DNA of 64,000 nt from IMG/VR virus record IMGVR_UViG_3300007513_001761, positions 1 through 64,000 of that record; one strand, given 5' to 3'. The stretch is from a virus. Below are positions 1 to 9,540 of the stretch, in pieces; position 1 is the stretch's first letter, and every line of letters begins with the position of its first letter. Under the pieces are notes generated by a model that worked only from the letters and a program-made list of their open reading frames with translations, was not told where the DNA came from and ran no database searches. A program made the translations under genes and the position numbers.

Positions 1-119
1 TTCTTCTGCCTTTGAGCCGCTTGGTCTGCCAATTGTTCTTCGTGATCACGCTGCTTCCTGCTGATCTCGTTAAGCTCTTCTTTAATAATCTGTTTAAGTT
101 GTTGTTTTGTGATTTTCAT
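1..119 (-). CDS. hypothetical protein (5' part only; continues past left edge), MKITKQQLKQIIKEEL-type N-terminus
   Basis: Not in ORF track. Manual translation from ATG at 119: MKITKQQLKQIIKEELNEISRKQRDHEEQLADQAAQRQK..., open to window edge; AGGAGA RBS just upstream. Confidence 0.8.
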   Translation of the reverse strand, partial: MKITKQQLKQIIKEELNEISRKQRDHEEQLADQAAQRQK

Positions 120-128
120 AGAGATCTC

Positions 129-1067
129 CTAGATGGCCGAAAGTAAATCTAACAATAAATAGTTGTCGTTATCGATAAACCTAGCTTTTTGTTTACGTTC
201 CTCAAAAACAGATTTCGGCATTGAACCCACATCCTCATAGCCGCTCACATCGATCTTATATAATTCAATATCATATCGAAGTAATGTCTTAATGATTTTC
301 CTTTCTTTGGCTGCGGCGTCTGGGTCGAGGGCAACGTAGACGGGGGTGTCGTTGTAGACGATATTTTGGATAATTCGAGAGTTCGTGTGTAAAGTGGAAC
401 CCAAGATGGGGGTAGCATTTCCGGCCACAATGGCATCAAAGACTCCTTCAACGATTGTTAGATCATCGTTCCAGTTAATAAATAGTTCGTTGAAAACAAT
501 GTTCTTAGATGCTCTCGGATTCTTATATTTATAGGAATCTCCGTTATACGATCTCGCAATAAAATAACTTACATCGCCATCAATATCAAAGGACGGAACT
601 ATAATGCGGTTGCGATACTCGCCTGAAAAGCAATAGCCAATCTTCCACCGGACAATGTCATCGTGCGAAAGCCCGCGCGACCGCAAGTATTGATATGCAA
701 ACTTAGCTGTTGCAGGTTGTTTTGAGTCTGTGAGACTCATGAATTCCGGCGGGAGTTCAAGTTTTTGAGGGCTTTCTTCTTCCCTTCCTCCCATGAAAAG
801 TTCAGCAAATCTCTCAATATCGTGCCGGCCGAATAGTTCGTCCCATTTCTGTAATTGCAGAAAAGAACCAAACCTTCTAATAAGACGGCGAGTATTGCGA
901 CCACGATAATCACACACCCAACATTTAAAAGCATTTTTGTCCAGGTTAACAGAGAGCTTATATTTGTGGTGATTGCACGACGGACATTTGAAAAGTAATT
1001 CCGATCCGGACGCTTTGTAGTTTCCAAGAGTTTCATATAGGATCTTCTTTGCTTGTTTCTTGTTCAT
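129..1067 (-). CDS. phage DNA primase (Zn finger + TOPRIM)
   Basis: CPSC..H..CWVC zinc-binding motif, RIIVP, VEGVFDA and ALDPD TOPRIM motifs, YEDVG. Confidence 0.9.
   Translation of the reverse strand: MNKKQAKKILYETLGNYKASGSELLFKCPSCNHHKYKLSVNLDKNAFKCWVCDYRGRNTRRLIRRFGSFLQLQKWDELFGRHDIERFAELFMGGREEESPQKLELPPEFMSLTDSKQPATAKFAYQYLRSRGLSHDDIVRWKIGYCFSGEYRNRIIVPSFDIDGDVSYFIARSYNGDSYKYKNPRASKNIVFNELFINWNDDLTIVEGVFDAIVAGNATPILGSTLHTNSRIIQNIVYNDTPVYVALDPDAAAKERKIIKTLLRYDIELYKIDVSGYEDVGSMPKSVFEERKQKARFIDNDNYLLLDLLSAI
155..162 (-). promoter_or_regulatory. candidate late promoter motif CTATTTAT
   Basis: Same motif as at 6199, 28476, 36328; inside the primase 3' end, ~37 nt before ATG at 119. Confidence 0.4.
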
Positions 1068-1081
1068 TTGCCCTCAAGTTT

Positions 1082-1110
1082 AATGTAACACAGATCGCAC
1101 TCCAGGTCAA
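1082..1110 (-). promoter_or_regulatory. sigma70-like promoter for primase
   Basis: TTGACC-17 bp-TACATT with TG extended -10, followed by GAGGG RBS and ATG at 1067. Confidence 0.65.
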
Positions 1111-1111
1111 G

Positions 1112-1543
1112 CTATTTTTCCAAAGTACCGGTCACAAGATCCATAATTGGTAAAACCACACCCCAGCTTTTGTTCTGGTTTTTCATGTGGTGATTCCAGT
1201 GCCAGGGAAAGTATTTCTTTGTGAACTGTGGGTGTCGATGCATGAGATTATGAAGCACAATGAAGGCCGCAGCATAAAGCGCTATAGCACAAAAAAATGC
1301 CGGCGACCAAAAGTACACCGGCAAATGGATCAAAAGAAGAAACGGCAACCCTACCGCCTCGTTATTTGAAACCTTATGATCGTGAAAGTCGTTTGCTCTC
1401 GCGATTAAGTGGTGTCCCCGAATGTGGAAAGCAAAGATACTTCCTCCTTTTTTTCCTAATCCGTGAAAGATATATCGATGCGTAACGTATTCAACAATAT
1501 TAGCATACAGTATTCCTAAACAGAAAAGATAAAGCACCGCCAA
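1112..1543 (-). CDS. fatty acid hydroxylase / sterol desaturase superfamily membrane enzyme (CrtZ-like His boxes)
   Basis: His boxes HRYIFH, HIRGHH, HNLMH, HWNHH separated by hydrophobic segments; C-terminal WGV...MDLVTGT. Confidence 0.8.
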   Translation of the reverse strand: MAVLYLFCLGILYANIVEYVTHRYIFHGLGKKGGSIFAFHIRGHHLIARANDFHDHKVSNNEAVGLPFLLLIHLPVYFWSPAFFCAIALYAAAFIVLHNLMHRHPQFTKKYFPWHWNHHMKNQNKSWGVVLPIMDLVTGTLEK

Positions 1544-1560
1544 GGGACACCCCCTTATTT

Positions 1561-1567
1561 TAACTAT
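1561..1567 (-). promoter_or_regulatory. candidate late promoter variant ATAGTTA
   Basis: TANTTA core 18 nt before TTG start at 1543, same spacing as other copies. Confidence 0.4.
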
Positions 1568-2052
1568 TACTGAATTTCAATTTTTCGCACGATAGGTTCA
1601 TTATTTGTAGGATTAACCTTTGGAATCGAGAGGGACAGAATACCATTTTCATGGATAGCTGTGATCCCTGTTTCATCCAGGTTTTCATCCAAACGGAACG
1701 AACGTGCAAATGCTGAACGTTTTACTTCGCGGCGAACATATTGAGAATCTTCAACCTCGAAGCGTTGATTGCTTTCAGCTTTAATGGTCAAGATACCATC
1801 TGTAACTTCCACATTCACATCGTCCTTTTTAAGGCCAGGAATTGCAGCTTCGATCTCCACGCGGTCATCAAAGTTAACCACATTACACTTCGGGTAAGAA
1901 CCCTGAAGAAAGAAATCATTGCCGAACTCCCGATGGATCGTTGGGAACATGTCGTTCAACATCGTGTTGAATAGTTCGTCAAATGGTGTCAGAAACTCCC
2001 GCTTTGAAAAATTGCGCGCGGGAAGCGCAGGTCTACGAATAATACTAGTCAT
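1567..2052 (-). CDS. Hsp20/alpha-crystallin small heat shock protein
   Basis: YPKCNV..IEAAIPGLKKDDVNVEV..GILTI..FARSFRL..ENGILSLSIPK. Confidence 0.95.
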   Translation of the reverse strand: MTSIIRRPALPARNFSKREFLTPFDELFNTMLNDMFPTIHREFGNDFFLQGSYPKCNVVNFDDRVEIEAAIPGLKKDDVNVEVTDGILTIKAESNQRFEVEDSQYVRREVKRSAFARSFRLDENLDETGITAIHENGILSLSIPKVNPTNNEPIVRKIEIQ

Positions 2053-2086
2053 CTTAAAATCTCCTTATCTGTGATAGTATAAGTGT

Positions 2087-2108
2087 GCAGACAGTCCGAA
2101 GATCTGCC
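2087..2108 (-). other. cUUCGg-capped hairpin at 5' end of Hsp20 leader
   Basis: Minus strand GGCAG-A-TC-TTCG-GA-CTGTC(TGC) directly downstream of promoter motifs. Confidence 0.55.
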
Positions 2109-2113
2109 TACTC

Positions 2114-2145
2114 TATAAATATAACCACCTTTTGTTATTCGTCAA
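2114..2145 (-). promoter_or_regulatory. composite promoter for Hsp20 (sigma70-like TTGACG-16-TATATT overlapping TATTTATA)
   Basis: TTGACG at 2140-2145, TATATT at 2118-2123, TATTTATA at 2114-2121; GTGGTTATA context shared with the promoter at 63450. Confidence 0.55.
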
Positions 2146-2704
2146 CCTTTTTTTGCTCTTTTTTGTATCCGGCTTTTGCCACAACAATTGCGTCTGCCCG
2201 ATCATAAGATTCGGGCTTAGGGTTTCCATGACTTGTATATTCTATCTTAAAAGCGGCTTCGGTTTCTAATAAGTGCTCTAACACTACTTTTTTTGCTTTC
2301 TGTCCTCGTGGAACTTTTATGCCGCAGAGCTTGCGCGCTTCCATGGCTGTAAGATATTGTGGTTCAAGCTCAAACAATTCATAAACCATCCACGACACAA
2401 TCCCGTTAAATTTCTGCAGCACAGCCATCGTCTTGGCCGAAGAGCCACCAGAATTAAAGAAGGTAAACGGCTGCTCAATATAAATGCTGTTAATAGGAAA
2501 ATCAGAATCTCCCCAGCCTGGGTACTCTTCATTATAACACTGGTACATTTCGAACAAATCCATCAGCTTTTCTTTGACAACCAGCGCTTTATTAAAAGTA
2601 CCTTTGTACTTTCGCAAGTCTACCGAATCATAGAAAACCAATTCGCCTTCAGCTATCACTGCAAAACCAGTGATGCTGGTCGATACATCAATTCCTAATA
2701 TCAT
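2135..2704 (-). CDS. RuvC-like Holliday junction resolvase
   Basis: N-terminal ILGIDVSTSITGFAV, IYIEQP, and YDRADAIVVA acidic catalytic motifs. Confidence 0.85.
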   Translation of the reverse strand: MILGIDVSTSITGFAVIAEGELVFYDSVDLRKYKGTFNKALVVKEKLMDLFEMYQCYNEEYPGWGDSDFPINSIYIEQPFTFFNSGGSSAKTMAVLQKFNGIVSWMVYELFELEPQYLTAMEARKLCGIKVPRGQKAKKVVLEHLLETEAAFKIEYTSHGNPKPESYDRADAIVVAKAGYKKEQKKVDE

Positions 2705-2716
2705 GTGAATATTATA

Positions 2717-3976
2717 CTATATATCGAATCTCATTTTAAAGGATAAATCTTGTTCTTCTTCTTTAAGTATAGGGTTGGACAAAGTAGCCAAGCCAATTAG
2801 GTTTTTGTTTTCATCATAGATCCCTACCCTCGAAATATAAACCTGTCTTTTAAACGATGCGCTATAATCAGAATAGCTAGAACTCACAAGATTAACTGCT
2901 TCGCGAGAAGGATTCTCTTCATACAAAGTTGAAGAAGATAGTTCTATTTGAGATTGTCCGTATTTTAAATACGTAGGGTTATTCGAATAATTAACCTCTC
3001 CTCTGCGTGCGTGAGCAAACATAGTCACAACCTGGGTATTCGTTTCTCCCTTAAAGGACATTCCGTAAGAAGCATTACCATAAGAGGAAGAAGTCGAACC
3101 ACCGGAAGTGGAAGCTTGACTAACACCGTCGCGGGCGCCGGCAGCAAAAAATATCCACGATGGGCTAGAAGTATCGGTGGTTCCCGAAGTCATAGGAATT
3201 GATTCTCCATTGAGAGCCCACGATCCCGTCAATAATACGAACCCCTCACCATATAATATCACACCCGCCACAGAGCCGCTTCCCGTACTGCCGGCCGGCC
3301 CTACTTGAATTAATTCTCCGTTACGTTTTACGTCTTGTAGTTCGCCAATTAGCGAGCCAGAAAAGTACCATCTTAACGAAACAGTTCCAGGATAAACCCT
3401 TGAACCATAAAAAATTGAAGGAATCGAAAGTAAATTAATGTTTTGAGTGCTTTTGTCACCATAAGAAGAAGACACTTTATAATGCGTACTCAGCCCACCA
3501 TAAAAGTTCAATCTATTTTTAAGGGAATAAAATCTTGGATAAACTGGGCCGGCATCCACAGGCTCTGTACCAACATCACCACATTCTAGCAAAATATCTG
3601 ATTTTAAGCTGCCAGCATCCCACATAATCTCTCGAACAAGAGAAGCTGACATGGGATATTCAGTTTCAAGGGTGTCTCCATATTCGTACTGAGTTTCATA
3701 GTTTACTGTTGAAATATTCCGAAAAGAAGCGCCGAGGCCCGCCTTAGTCAAGAAAGGATAAGAAAAATTGTTAGATCCGGAAAGTTTATCAATATTGTAC
3801 TCATACAAGCTGATATCACCAGCCTGTGTTCCCATTATATTAGTACTAAAAGCACCCGACTGTTCGGGGATATTATTATAACGTATCTCCCCGTCATAGA
3901 TGAAGAATTCACAACTCGGATGAGCCTTCATCGTGTTTAGGATAACATCATTTGGTCCAAATTTCTTAAGGGACAT
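2717..3976 (-). CDS. virion structural protein (baseplate/tail-collar-like C-terminus)
   Basis: S/T/G-rich; C-terminal NYSNNPTY...YISRVGIYDENKNLIGLATLSNPILK resembles tail-collar/fibre proteins; paralogous to next gene. Confidence 0.6.
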   Translation of the reverse strand: MSLKKFGPNDVILNTMKAHPSCEFFIYDGEIRYNNIPEQSGAFSTNIMGTQAGDISLYEYNIDKLSGSNNFSYPFLTKAGLGASFRNISTVNYETQYEYGDTLETEYPMSASLVREIMWDAGSLKSDILLECGDVGTEPVDAGPVYPRFYSLKNRLNFYGGLSTHYKVSSSYGDKSTQNINLLSIPSIFYGSRVYPGTVSLRWYFSGSLIGELQDVKRNGELIQVGPAGSTGSGSVAGVILYGEGFVLLTGSWALNGESIPMTSGTTDTSSPSWIFFAAGARDGVSQASTSGGSTSSSYGNASYGMSFKGETNTQVVTMFAHARRGEVNYSNNPTYLKYGQSQIELSSSTLYEENPSREAVNLVSSSYSDYSASFKRQVYISRVGIYDENKNLIGLATLSNPILKEEEQDLSFKMRFDI

Positions 3977-3993
3977 CTCACACCTCTTTTAAA

Positions 3994-5139
3994 TTAGTAG
4001 TCGAGGCGCACCCTCAAAGTTAGCTCATTGGACGGATCCTTGCGCAAAGGCTCCGAAAGTTTTGCGGTGGCCAATAATTGTTGTGACGAGTTATAAAGCC
4101 CAATTGTTGTAATATAAGCAATGGGGGTGTCTGTTGAAACAGACTTAACTCTGATTTGACTATCGCTAAGATAAGTTGGATTAGAGCTATGGTTATATTT
4201 ATTGTGCGGAACTCGACAGAAATAAAGTGTTGAGTTAATCTCTGTAGTGTTATTAAACGAGATATTTTGGAGTCTTCGGCGTATCTCATCGCACGATCCC
4301 GTGATTGTAGAGCCAGTTAACGTGCCGGCAATAGTTTGGTATTCATCTTCATCTCTATTATAATGGAAATGATTCGGAGCACTTAACGAATTATCCGCTA
4401 GAGAACCGGTAAAAGATCCCGTGGAAAGAAACACGATACCAGCTTGATAAAAAACAAGCCCAACAGCAGCATTTTCTATTCCTGGTCCAATCGTTGCGGC
4501 AGCATCTGTAAGCTTGTCGGAATATAAGACTCCGACATCACCGCCAAAAGCATTAAATGTGCCGCCTGAATCAGATGCGCTCACATCAGTGAGGGTTACA
4601 ACTGCGGCCGTGCCGCCCTCATCGGCAAATGGATTGTTCCACTCGTTGGTGCTGTCGTAAGAAGCGGTACCCAATTTAATGCTTACGCTGCCTTTTTTAA
4701 TTTGATCTTTCGTAATCAAACGCGAAAGATTAAGAAACCAGCCGGCCCGAGAAGCACCTTGCTGATCTTGAGATAAATCTAATTCAAACTTTCTAACTAC
4801 ATTGTTAGACCCCGTATATCCCAAAAGAACTTGAGACATTTGATTATACATATTAATCTTTTTGGCGTTTTGGGTGTTTGTGGTGCCGCTAAGCACAGAT
4901 TCTTCATCATATCCCACAGTAATGTCAAAAATATGGTTGGCTGAAGAGCTTAAGTAGGGGTAATCATAGACACTTTGAAACTGTCCGTGAGTATAATTTT
5001 TAATGTTATCTTCACTCCCTTCTGTTCCATATGTACCACTAGCAATGGCGCCAGTCATCGGAATAGATTCGTATAACAACGTCTTGGTTGTGGTTACGTC
5101 TGAGCCTGGATCAAGCTTCTCAAAATTTGTTACTGCCAT
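3994..5139 (-). CDS. virion structural protein (paralogue of 2717-3976 C-terminus)
   Basis: NHSSNPTY...YITTIGLYNSSQQLLATAKLSEPLRK..LRVRLDY. Confidence 0.6.
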   Translation of the reverse strand: MAVTNFEKLDPGSDVTTTKTLLYESIPMTGAIASGTYGTEGSEDNIKNYTHGQFQSVYDYPYLSSSANHIFDITVGYDEESVLSGTTNTQNAKKINMYNQMSQVLLGYTGSNNVVRKFELDLSQDQQGASRAGWFLNLSRLITKDQIKKGSVSIKLGTASYDSTNEWNNPFADEGGTAAVVTLTDVSASDSGGTFNAFGGDVGVLYSDKLTDAAATIGPGIENAAVGLVFYQAGIVFLSTGSFTGSLADNSLSAPNHFHYNRDEDEYQTIAGTLTGSTITGSCDEIRRRLQNISFNNTTEINSTLYFCRVPHNKYNHSSNPTYLSDSQIRVKSVSTDTPIAYITTIGLYNSSQQLLATAKLSEPLRKDPSNELTLRVRLDY

Positions 5140-5163
5140 TTAATTTCTCCAATTAGCTTATTA

Positions 5164-6180
5164 TTAGGGTAGGCGCGCGATCCTTAAAGGAATTTGAATC
5201 ATAACGCCCGTATTTGTGCCTTGTAGGTATACTGTTGTGTCAATATAATCCACTAAAGTTGCGTCTGCGAGCGCTGTGCTTGAGTTAAGCGTACCATACA
5301 GAGTGTATTCGGTTCCCAATGATGGGTTTATCTTGAACGCCAAGAAGCAAGCAGTCGCCCGTGGGCCTGCTATAACCGACACATCAGTATCCAGAGTGGT
5401 GTAGCTCGGATCGTATACAACCTTATCCGTAACTCCCGGAACAGTGGTGGTACTATAATGTTCTAGTCCAATTTGCAAAGTGGTGGATGGGAATGCAGTT
5501 GGGGTAAAAGCCACGCTGGGGGTGCCCATACTGCCGTTAGAAAACCAAGAGTCCGAATTCTTGCCGCTAAATACAGTACTAATAAATCGATTATCATAGG
5601 ATACCACGTAGGACTTCTCGGACAGACCTTCACTTTGGATATATACCATCCTATTTGCTGCGGTACCTTTAACAGACGTTGTATCCAGCCCGCATTCTAG
5701 CAAAACGAAACGAGAAGTATCTCCCCCTAAAAGAATATTATCATCAAGCCCATTAACTTTGATTTTATCAAAAATCTTATCTGAGGTGGTGTCGTTCTGT
5801 GTATCTGTTACCCAGATCACTCCTTCACTACCTTTAGCAGTCGAAGGAAATTTAATATTAGCAACGCTAGTAACTTCGCTCTGGTTGTTTATTTTAATAA
5901 CCGGCATATACAACAAATTTGTGTTTGTTAGTTCCAAGAGTCCATAATTAATGGCGGCATTTGTTTGCGTAAATGCCTCAAAAATTGGAGTTTGCAAAAT
6001 TTCTAAATCATAATAGGCCGATCCAGAAGGGTGGTTCTTGTTATAAAGCCCATAATCAATCTCATCATCGCCCAAAGCAAAATAATCTACACTAAATTCG
6101 CCGCTGGCCATCTTTTCTCGACCCAAATCAGTCAAGACCGCGTCTAAAATAATATCACCCGAATTGTCTAAAAAAGCCAT
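5164..6180 (-). CDS. virion structural protein (tail-collar/baseplate-like N-terminus)
   Basis: DAVLTDLGREKMASGEFSVDYFALGDDEIDY N-terminal motif; structural module context. Confidence 0.6.
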   Translation of the reverse strand: MAFLDNSGDIILDAVLTDLGREKMASGEFSVDYFALGDDEIDYGLYNKNHPSGSAYYDLEILQTPIFEAFTQTNAAINYGLLELTNTNLLYMPVIKINNQSEVTSVANIKFPSTAKGSEGVIWVTDTQNDTTSDKIFDKIKVNGLDDNILLGGDTSRFVLLECGLDTTSVKGTAANRMVYIQSEGLSEKSYVVSYDNRFISTVFSGKNSDSWFSNGSMGTPSVAFTPTAFPSTTLQIGLEHYSTTTVPGVTDKVVYDPSYTTLDTDVSVIAGPRATACFLAFKINPSLGTEYTLYGTLNSSTALADATLVDYIDTTVYLQGTNTGVMIQIPLRIARLP

Positions 6181-6198
6181 TTATCTACCTCTCTTCTC

Positions 6199-6206
6199 AT
6201 AAATAG
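6199..6206 (-). promoter_or_regulatory. candidate late promoter motif CTATTTAT
   Basis: TANTTA core 20 nt before ATG at 6180, followed by GAGG RBS. Confidence 0.55.
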
Positions 6207-6215
6207 TTACTATTT

Positions 6216-8825
6216 TTAATATTCGCTCATCAAATCATAAGTAATGTTTAAATCAATTTTCTTGCCTGTCTTGTTTGAGGTCAAGCGAATCTTAAAAGTT
6301 TTACCCCAAATCAAATCTTCCTTCGAACCAACAGACAAATTTTCCAATTGAGAGCCCGCATCTTGTGTATAATCTATTTCCGTGGTGTTCAATTCAATCT
6401 GGCTGTAATTTGGTCTTAATTGAACTAGTTTCTTAAAAGTTTTTGAGGGATTAATATAAATATCTTCAGACAATTCTGATTCATGTATAACATTAAAGAC
6501 GCTATATAAATAGCCGCCATCATCTACTAATTCTGCTTCGTAAATTATACTCAAATGTCCAGGAACATATTGTTCATTTAACACCCGAAAAAGATAATAA
6601 TATTTATGATTGGTCTTTATTCTATTCTCAAAAAACTCTACTGTGTAGGGATATTTTGAATCTGTCTCAATTAGATCAAGCGTGTCGATTAGATTATTAT
6701 CAAAATCGCTTATTGCTGTGGGTTTTTCGCTTAATCTATAAATTTCAATATAACGCGGTTCAGATACTGTTTGTTTTGGAAGCGAGGACCATTCCCATAA
6801 ATCGTTGGCATTCAAATAGTTTGTTTTGAAGTCTGAATCTTTTTCTGTAATGGGTGTGGGATAAGTTGCTTTTGTATCGAAAGCGCCGTCTCGTAGTTTA
6901 TACCCTATAGTTTGAGAACTGTCTAACACTTGATATGGGGATGTTGTCAACTGATTTGGGATATAATCGGTTATCTTAAAACTCTTCGAGAATAATGGGA
7001 TTTCGAGTATTTTAATCGATGGCTCATAATTTAAATAAAAATCAGCCAAATAGCCATAAGGCGACGACAAAGCGTGTGACTCGTCAGCCAATGAATTAAA
7101 AAGAGTCAGGAGGGTGCCCTCTTGATACAATTGATCTGTTCTTTCTTCATCATCAGAATACGGATCATAAAACTCAAGCCCAAACTGATCATCTGAGAGC
7201 CCTCCACATCCTAGATCTTTAGTTAAGCACAGGTCCGTCGTTCTATATTTATATCCCACCACCAACAAGTAAGAATAAATATTATAAGTGTATTGGGTGT
7301 CATATTTCACTTGAGTATCCCAGAAGTTTATCAGTTCCCTTTCTGAGTTCATAAACCAATAATTTTGAAGAGCGTCTTGGGTGCGTGCATCACCGGTAGG
7401 TGGGCCTCCAATCTTCTCCACTCGATAAGCTAATGTTTCCACATGCCCCTGGTTATTTCCATAAATATCACTTAACGACGTAATATCAAAATTGGCCGAG
7501 TTGCTCAAATAATTTATTGTATCGTGAAGAACGTTTATTGAACTGACGGTGTTGAAATATCTATAAGAACCGTTTCCCCCTTTTGCGGCCGAATTACGAG
7601 GTACATTATTCTCTCCGATAAAAATGCACTCAGGGGCTGAAGAACTGTAATTGTCTCTGCAATGCACTAAGAATGGGATATAATCTATACTTTTCACATT
7701 GGTAGTAGTTGTTGTGTTGACTTCAGACGGAGAGGATTTATCAAAATTGCCCGAAAGATAGGACCTATTGAAAGCAAACGAAGATGTAAGCGGAATCATG
7801 GTATCTACTTTTTCGCTAAACACCTCATAAAGAGTTTTGATAAATTTAGCAGAAAAATCATGCTCTATTATCGAAGTAGAAAAATCGGAAAATGGACCTA
7901 GAGGCATCTTTATCTTTGTACAATAAGGAAAATAAGATTGCATAGGGGTGATTTCTCTATTATCATAAAGAGTCTCTATTGCATGGCTGTCCATTAACAC
8001 ATTTTTAAATTTGCTTTGCATCCATCTTGAAGTAGACGAAGACAAAGGAAATTGAGAAATGGACGATGTTAGATACGAAGTATTCAAATGAATATAATCG
8101 CCAAAGGTGTCGGCGCGCCTAAGCTCGCCTATTTCAAAATCATTATCTGCCGGCAGTGCATGTGAATTAACATCAAAAAGGTCTTGTATAGTCGTATAGT
8201 TCCCTTCGCAGGTTACAGCGTTAAACAGTCTCGTATCATATAGTTCTATGGCCTCGTCAAAGCTATAAGCCGACATATCAGCTAAAATATATAAATTGGG
8301 TATTTCTAACTCAGATGAGACCATGTTAGTATAATTTTGATACTCGGAAAGATATCGATTATAATCATAGGTTATTTCCATTTGGTCTACACCGAGAGGA
8401 GATAATAAAGATGCCGAGAGCTTAGAATATGGAACCTCCAGTTGAGAATAGTGAGTTTCAAAAAGCTTTTCATTATAAATAGCGGGGTATGTGTAGTCTC
8501 CAAACGTTCCTCCTATAAATAAGGTTTTCCAAAACACATCACTTTTCACCTCATCGTTGTTTCCATAAACTCTGACCGGGAATTTCTTATTGGGAATCAT
8601 AGCTGTTGGATCCACTACTTCTACGTATGAAGAGTTATCTGCGCGCGAGGCTAACACATCAAAATAGCCCGTTGTTGGAGATGATATATCTAACTCTTCA
8701 AACACCAACGTACTCCCAAGAGAAGTACTAACACTTGTCCAACAACCACCTACAGCGCTTCGGAAGGAATCTGCGGAACCAGAGAAAGTTATAGGATCAA
8801 GAATTTGTAGTGTAACAGCCGTCAT
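6216..8825 (-). CDS. hypothetical protein, probable virion structural (869 aa)
   Basis: Long ORF in structural module; Y/D/S-rich with beta-sandwich-like repeats (YTYNIYSY, YYYLFRVLN). Confidence 0.55.
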   Translation of the reverse strand: MTAVTLQILDPITFSGSADSFRSAVGGCWTSVSTSLGSTLVFEELDISSPTTGYFDVLASRADNSSYVEVVDPTAMIPNKKFPVRVYGNNDEVKSDVFWKTLFIGGTFGDYTYPAIYNEKLFETHYSQLEVPYSKLSASLLSPLGVDQMEITYDYNRYLSEYQNYTNMVSSELEIPNLYILADMSAYSFDEAIELYDTRLFNAVTCEGNYTTIQDLFDVNSHALPADNDFEIGELRRADTFGDYIHLNTSYLTSSISQFPLSSSTSRWMQSKFKNVLMDSHAIETLYDNREITPMQSYFPYCTKIKMPLGPFSDFSTSIIEHDFSAKFIKTLYEVFSEKVDTMIPLTSSFAFNRSYLSGNFDKSSPSEVNTTTTTNVKSIDYIPFLVHCRDNYSSSAPECIFIGENNVPRNSAAKGGNGSYRYFNTVSSINVLHDTINYLSNSANFDITSLSDIYGNNQGHVETLAYRVEKIGGPPTGDARTQDALQNYWFMNSERELINFWDTQVKYDTQYTYNIYSYLLVVGYKYRTTDLCLTKDLGCGGLSDDQFGLEFYDPYSDDEERTDQLYQEGTLLTLFNSLADESHALSSPYGYLADFYLNYEPSIKILEIPLFSKSFKITDYIPNQLTTSPYQVLDSSQTIGYKLRDGAFDTKATYPTPITEKDSDFKTNYLNANDLWEWSSLPKQTVSEPRYIEIYRLSEKPTAISDFDNNLIDTLDLIETDSKYPYTVEFFENRIKTNHKYYYLFRVLNEQYVPGHLSIIYEAELVDDGGYLYSVFNVIHESELSEDIYINPSKTFKKLVQLRPNYSQIELNTTEIDYTQDAGSQLENLSVGSKEDLIWGKTFKIRLTSNKTGKKIDLNITYDLMSEY

Positions 8826-8836
8826 ATGTAAATCCT

Positions 8837-9514
8837 TTAATAGCCATCGCTAGGAGCCGTTGGGGCGCCCAAACTGCTATCAGTGGTAATTTTAGAAGAA
8901 ACAGTCAAAGATTCTTGAGAAACTTCTTCAGCAGAAAAAGCGGTAATGTTTTCTAAATCGATCACAGGGGCCAAAGATTTCTTAAAATTAAGAGTATTTG
9001 CGCGCTCGATAATTTGGTTTTCTAATTCTTCTACCATCTCTAATATTTTTTCATCGTAAATAGTTTTAAACTCGTCGATATCGGTAATGCCATGAGGATT
9101 GTATTTTTCTTTAAATCCTGTTTTTTCGTTTGTCGAATAGCCCGTGATATCGCCGCTCCAGTAAACATCATCATCTGTGGTAGGGCCCGGAGAATCATAA
9201 TAGGGGCGATTCACGTCATCCGTTTCTCGGAAGCCCAAGGTATTATACATGACCCAATACGAACCATCTGCCGAACAGTCCTCACAGTATATGTATGCCT
9301 GCGCAAACGTGATAGAGGTACTGTCGAATTGTTGGGCATATGCGTCCAGTTCAGCGTAGGAATCGTTAAGCGAATGCCAGTACAATTCTAGCCCATCGCC
9401 AGAAATAAGTCCTTGGCTGTCGAGCGACACTGTCGGACTCATATAGCCGATATTGCTTAACCAACTAGTTTCACCTTCTTCAATGCGTCCTTCCCAATTC
9501 CAAGTTGTTGTCAT
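8837..9514 (-). CDS. hypothetical acidic protein
   Basis: 225 aa ORF with GAGGAG RBS; no recognised motif. Confidence 0.6.
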   Translation of the reverse strand: MTTTWNWEGRIEEGETSWLSNIGYMSPTVSLDSQGLISGDGLELYWHSLNDSYAELDAYAQQFDSTSITFAQAYIYCEDCSADGSYWVMYNTLGFRETDDVNRPYYDSPGPTTDDDVYWSGDITGYSTNEKTGFKEKYNPHGITDIDEFKTIYDEKILEMVEELENQIIERANTLNFKKSLAPVIDLENITAFSAEEVSQESLTVSSKITTDSSLGAPTAPSDGY

Positions 9515-9531
9515 TTTATATTCTCCTCATA

Positions 9532-9539
9532 GTAAATAT
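9532..9539 (-). promoter_or_regulatory. candidate late promoter motif ATATTTAC
   Basis: TANTTA core 19 nt before ATG at 9514. Confidence 0.5.
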
Positions 9540-9540
9540 G

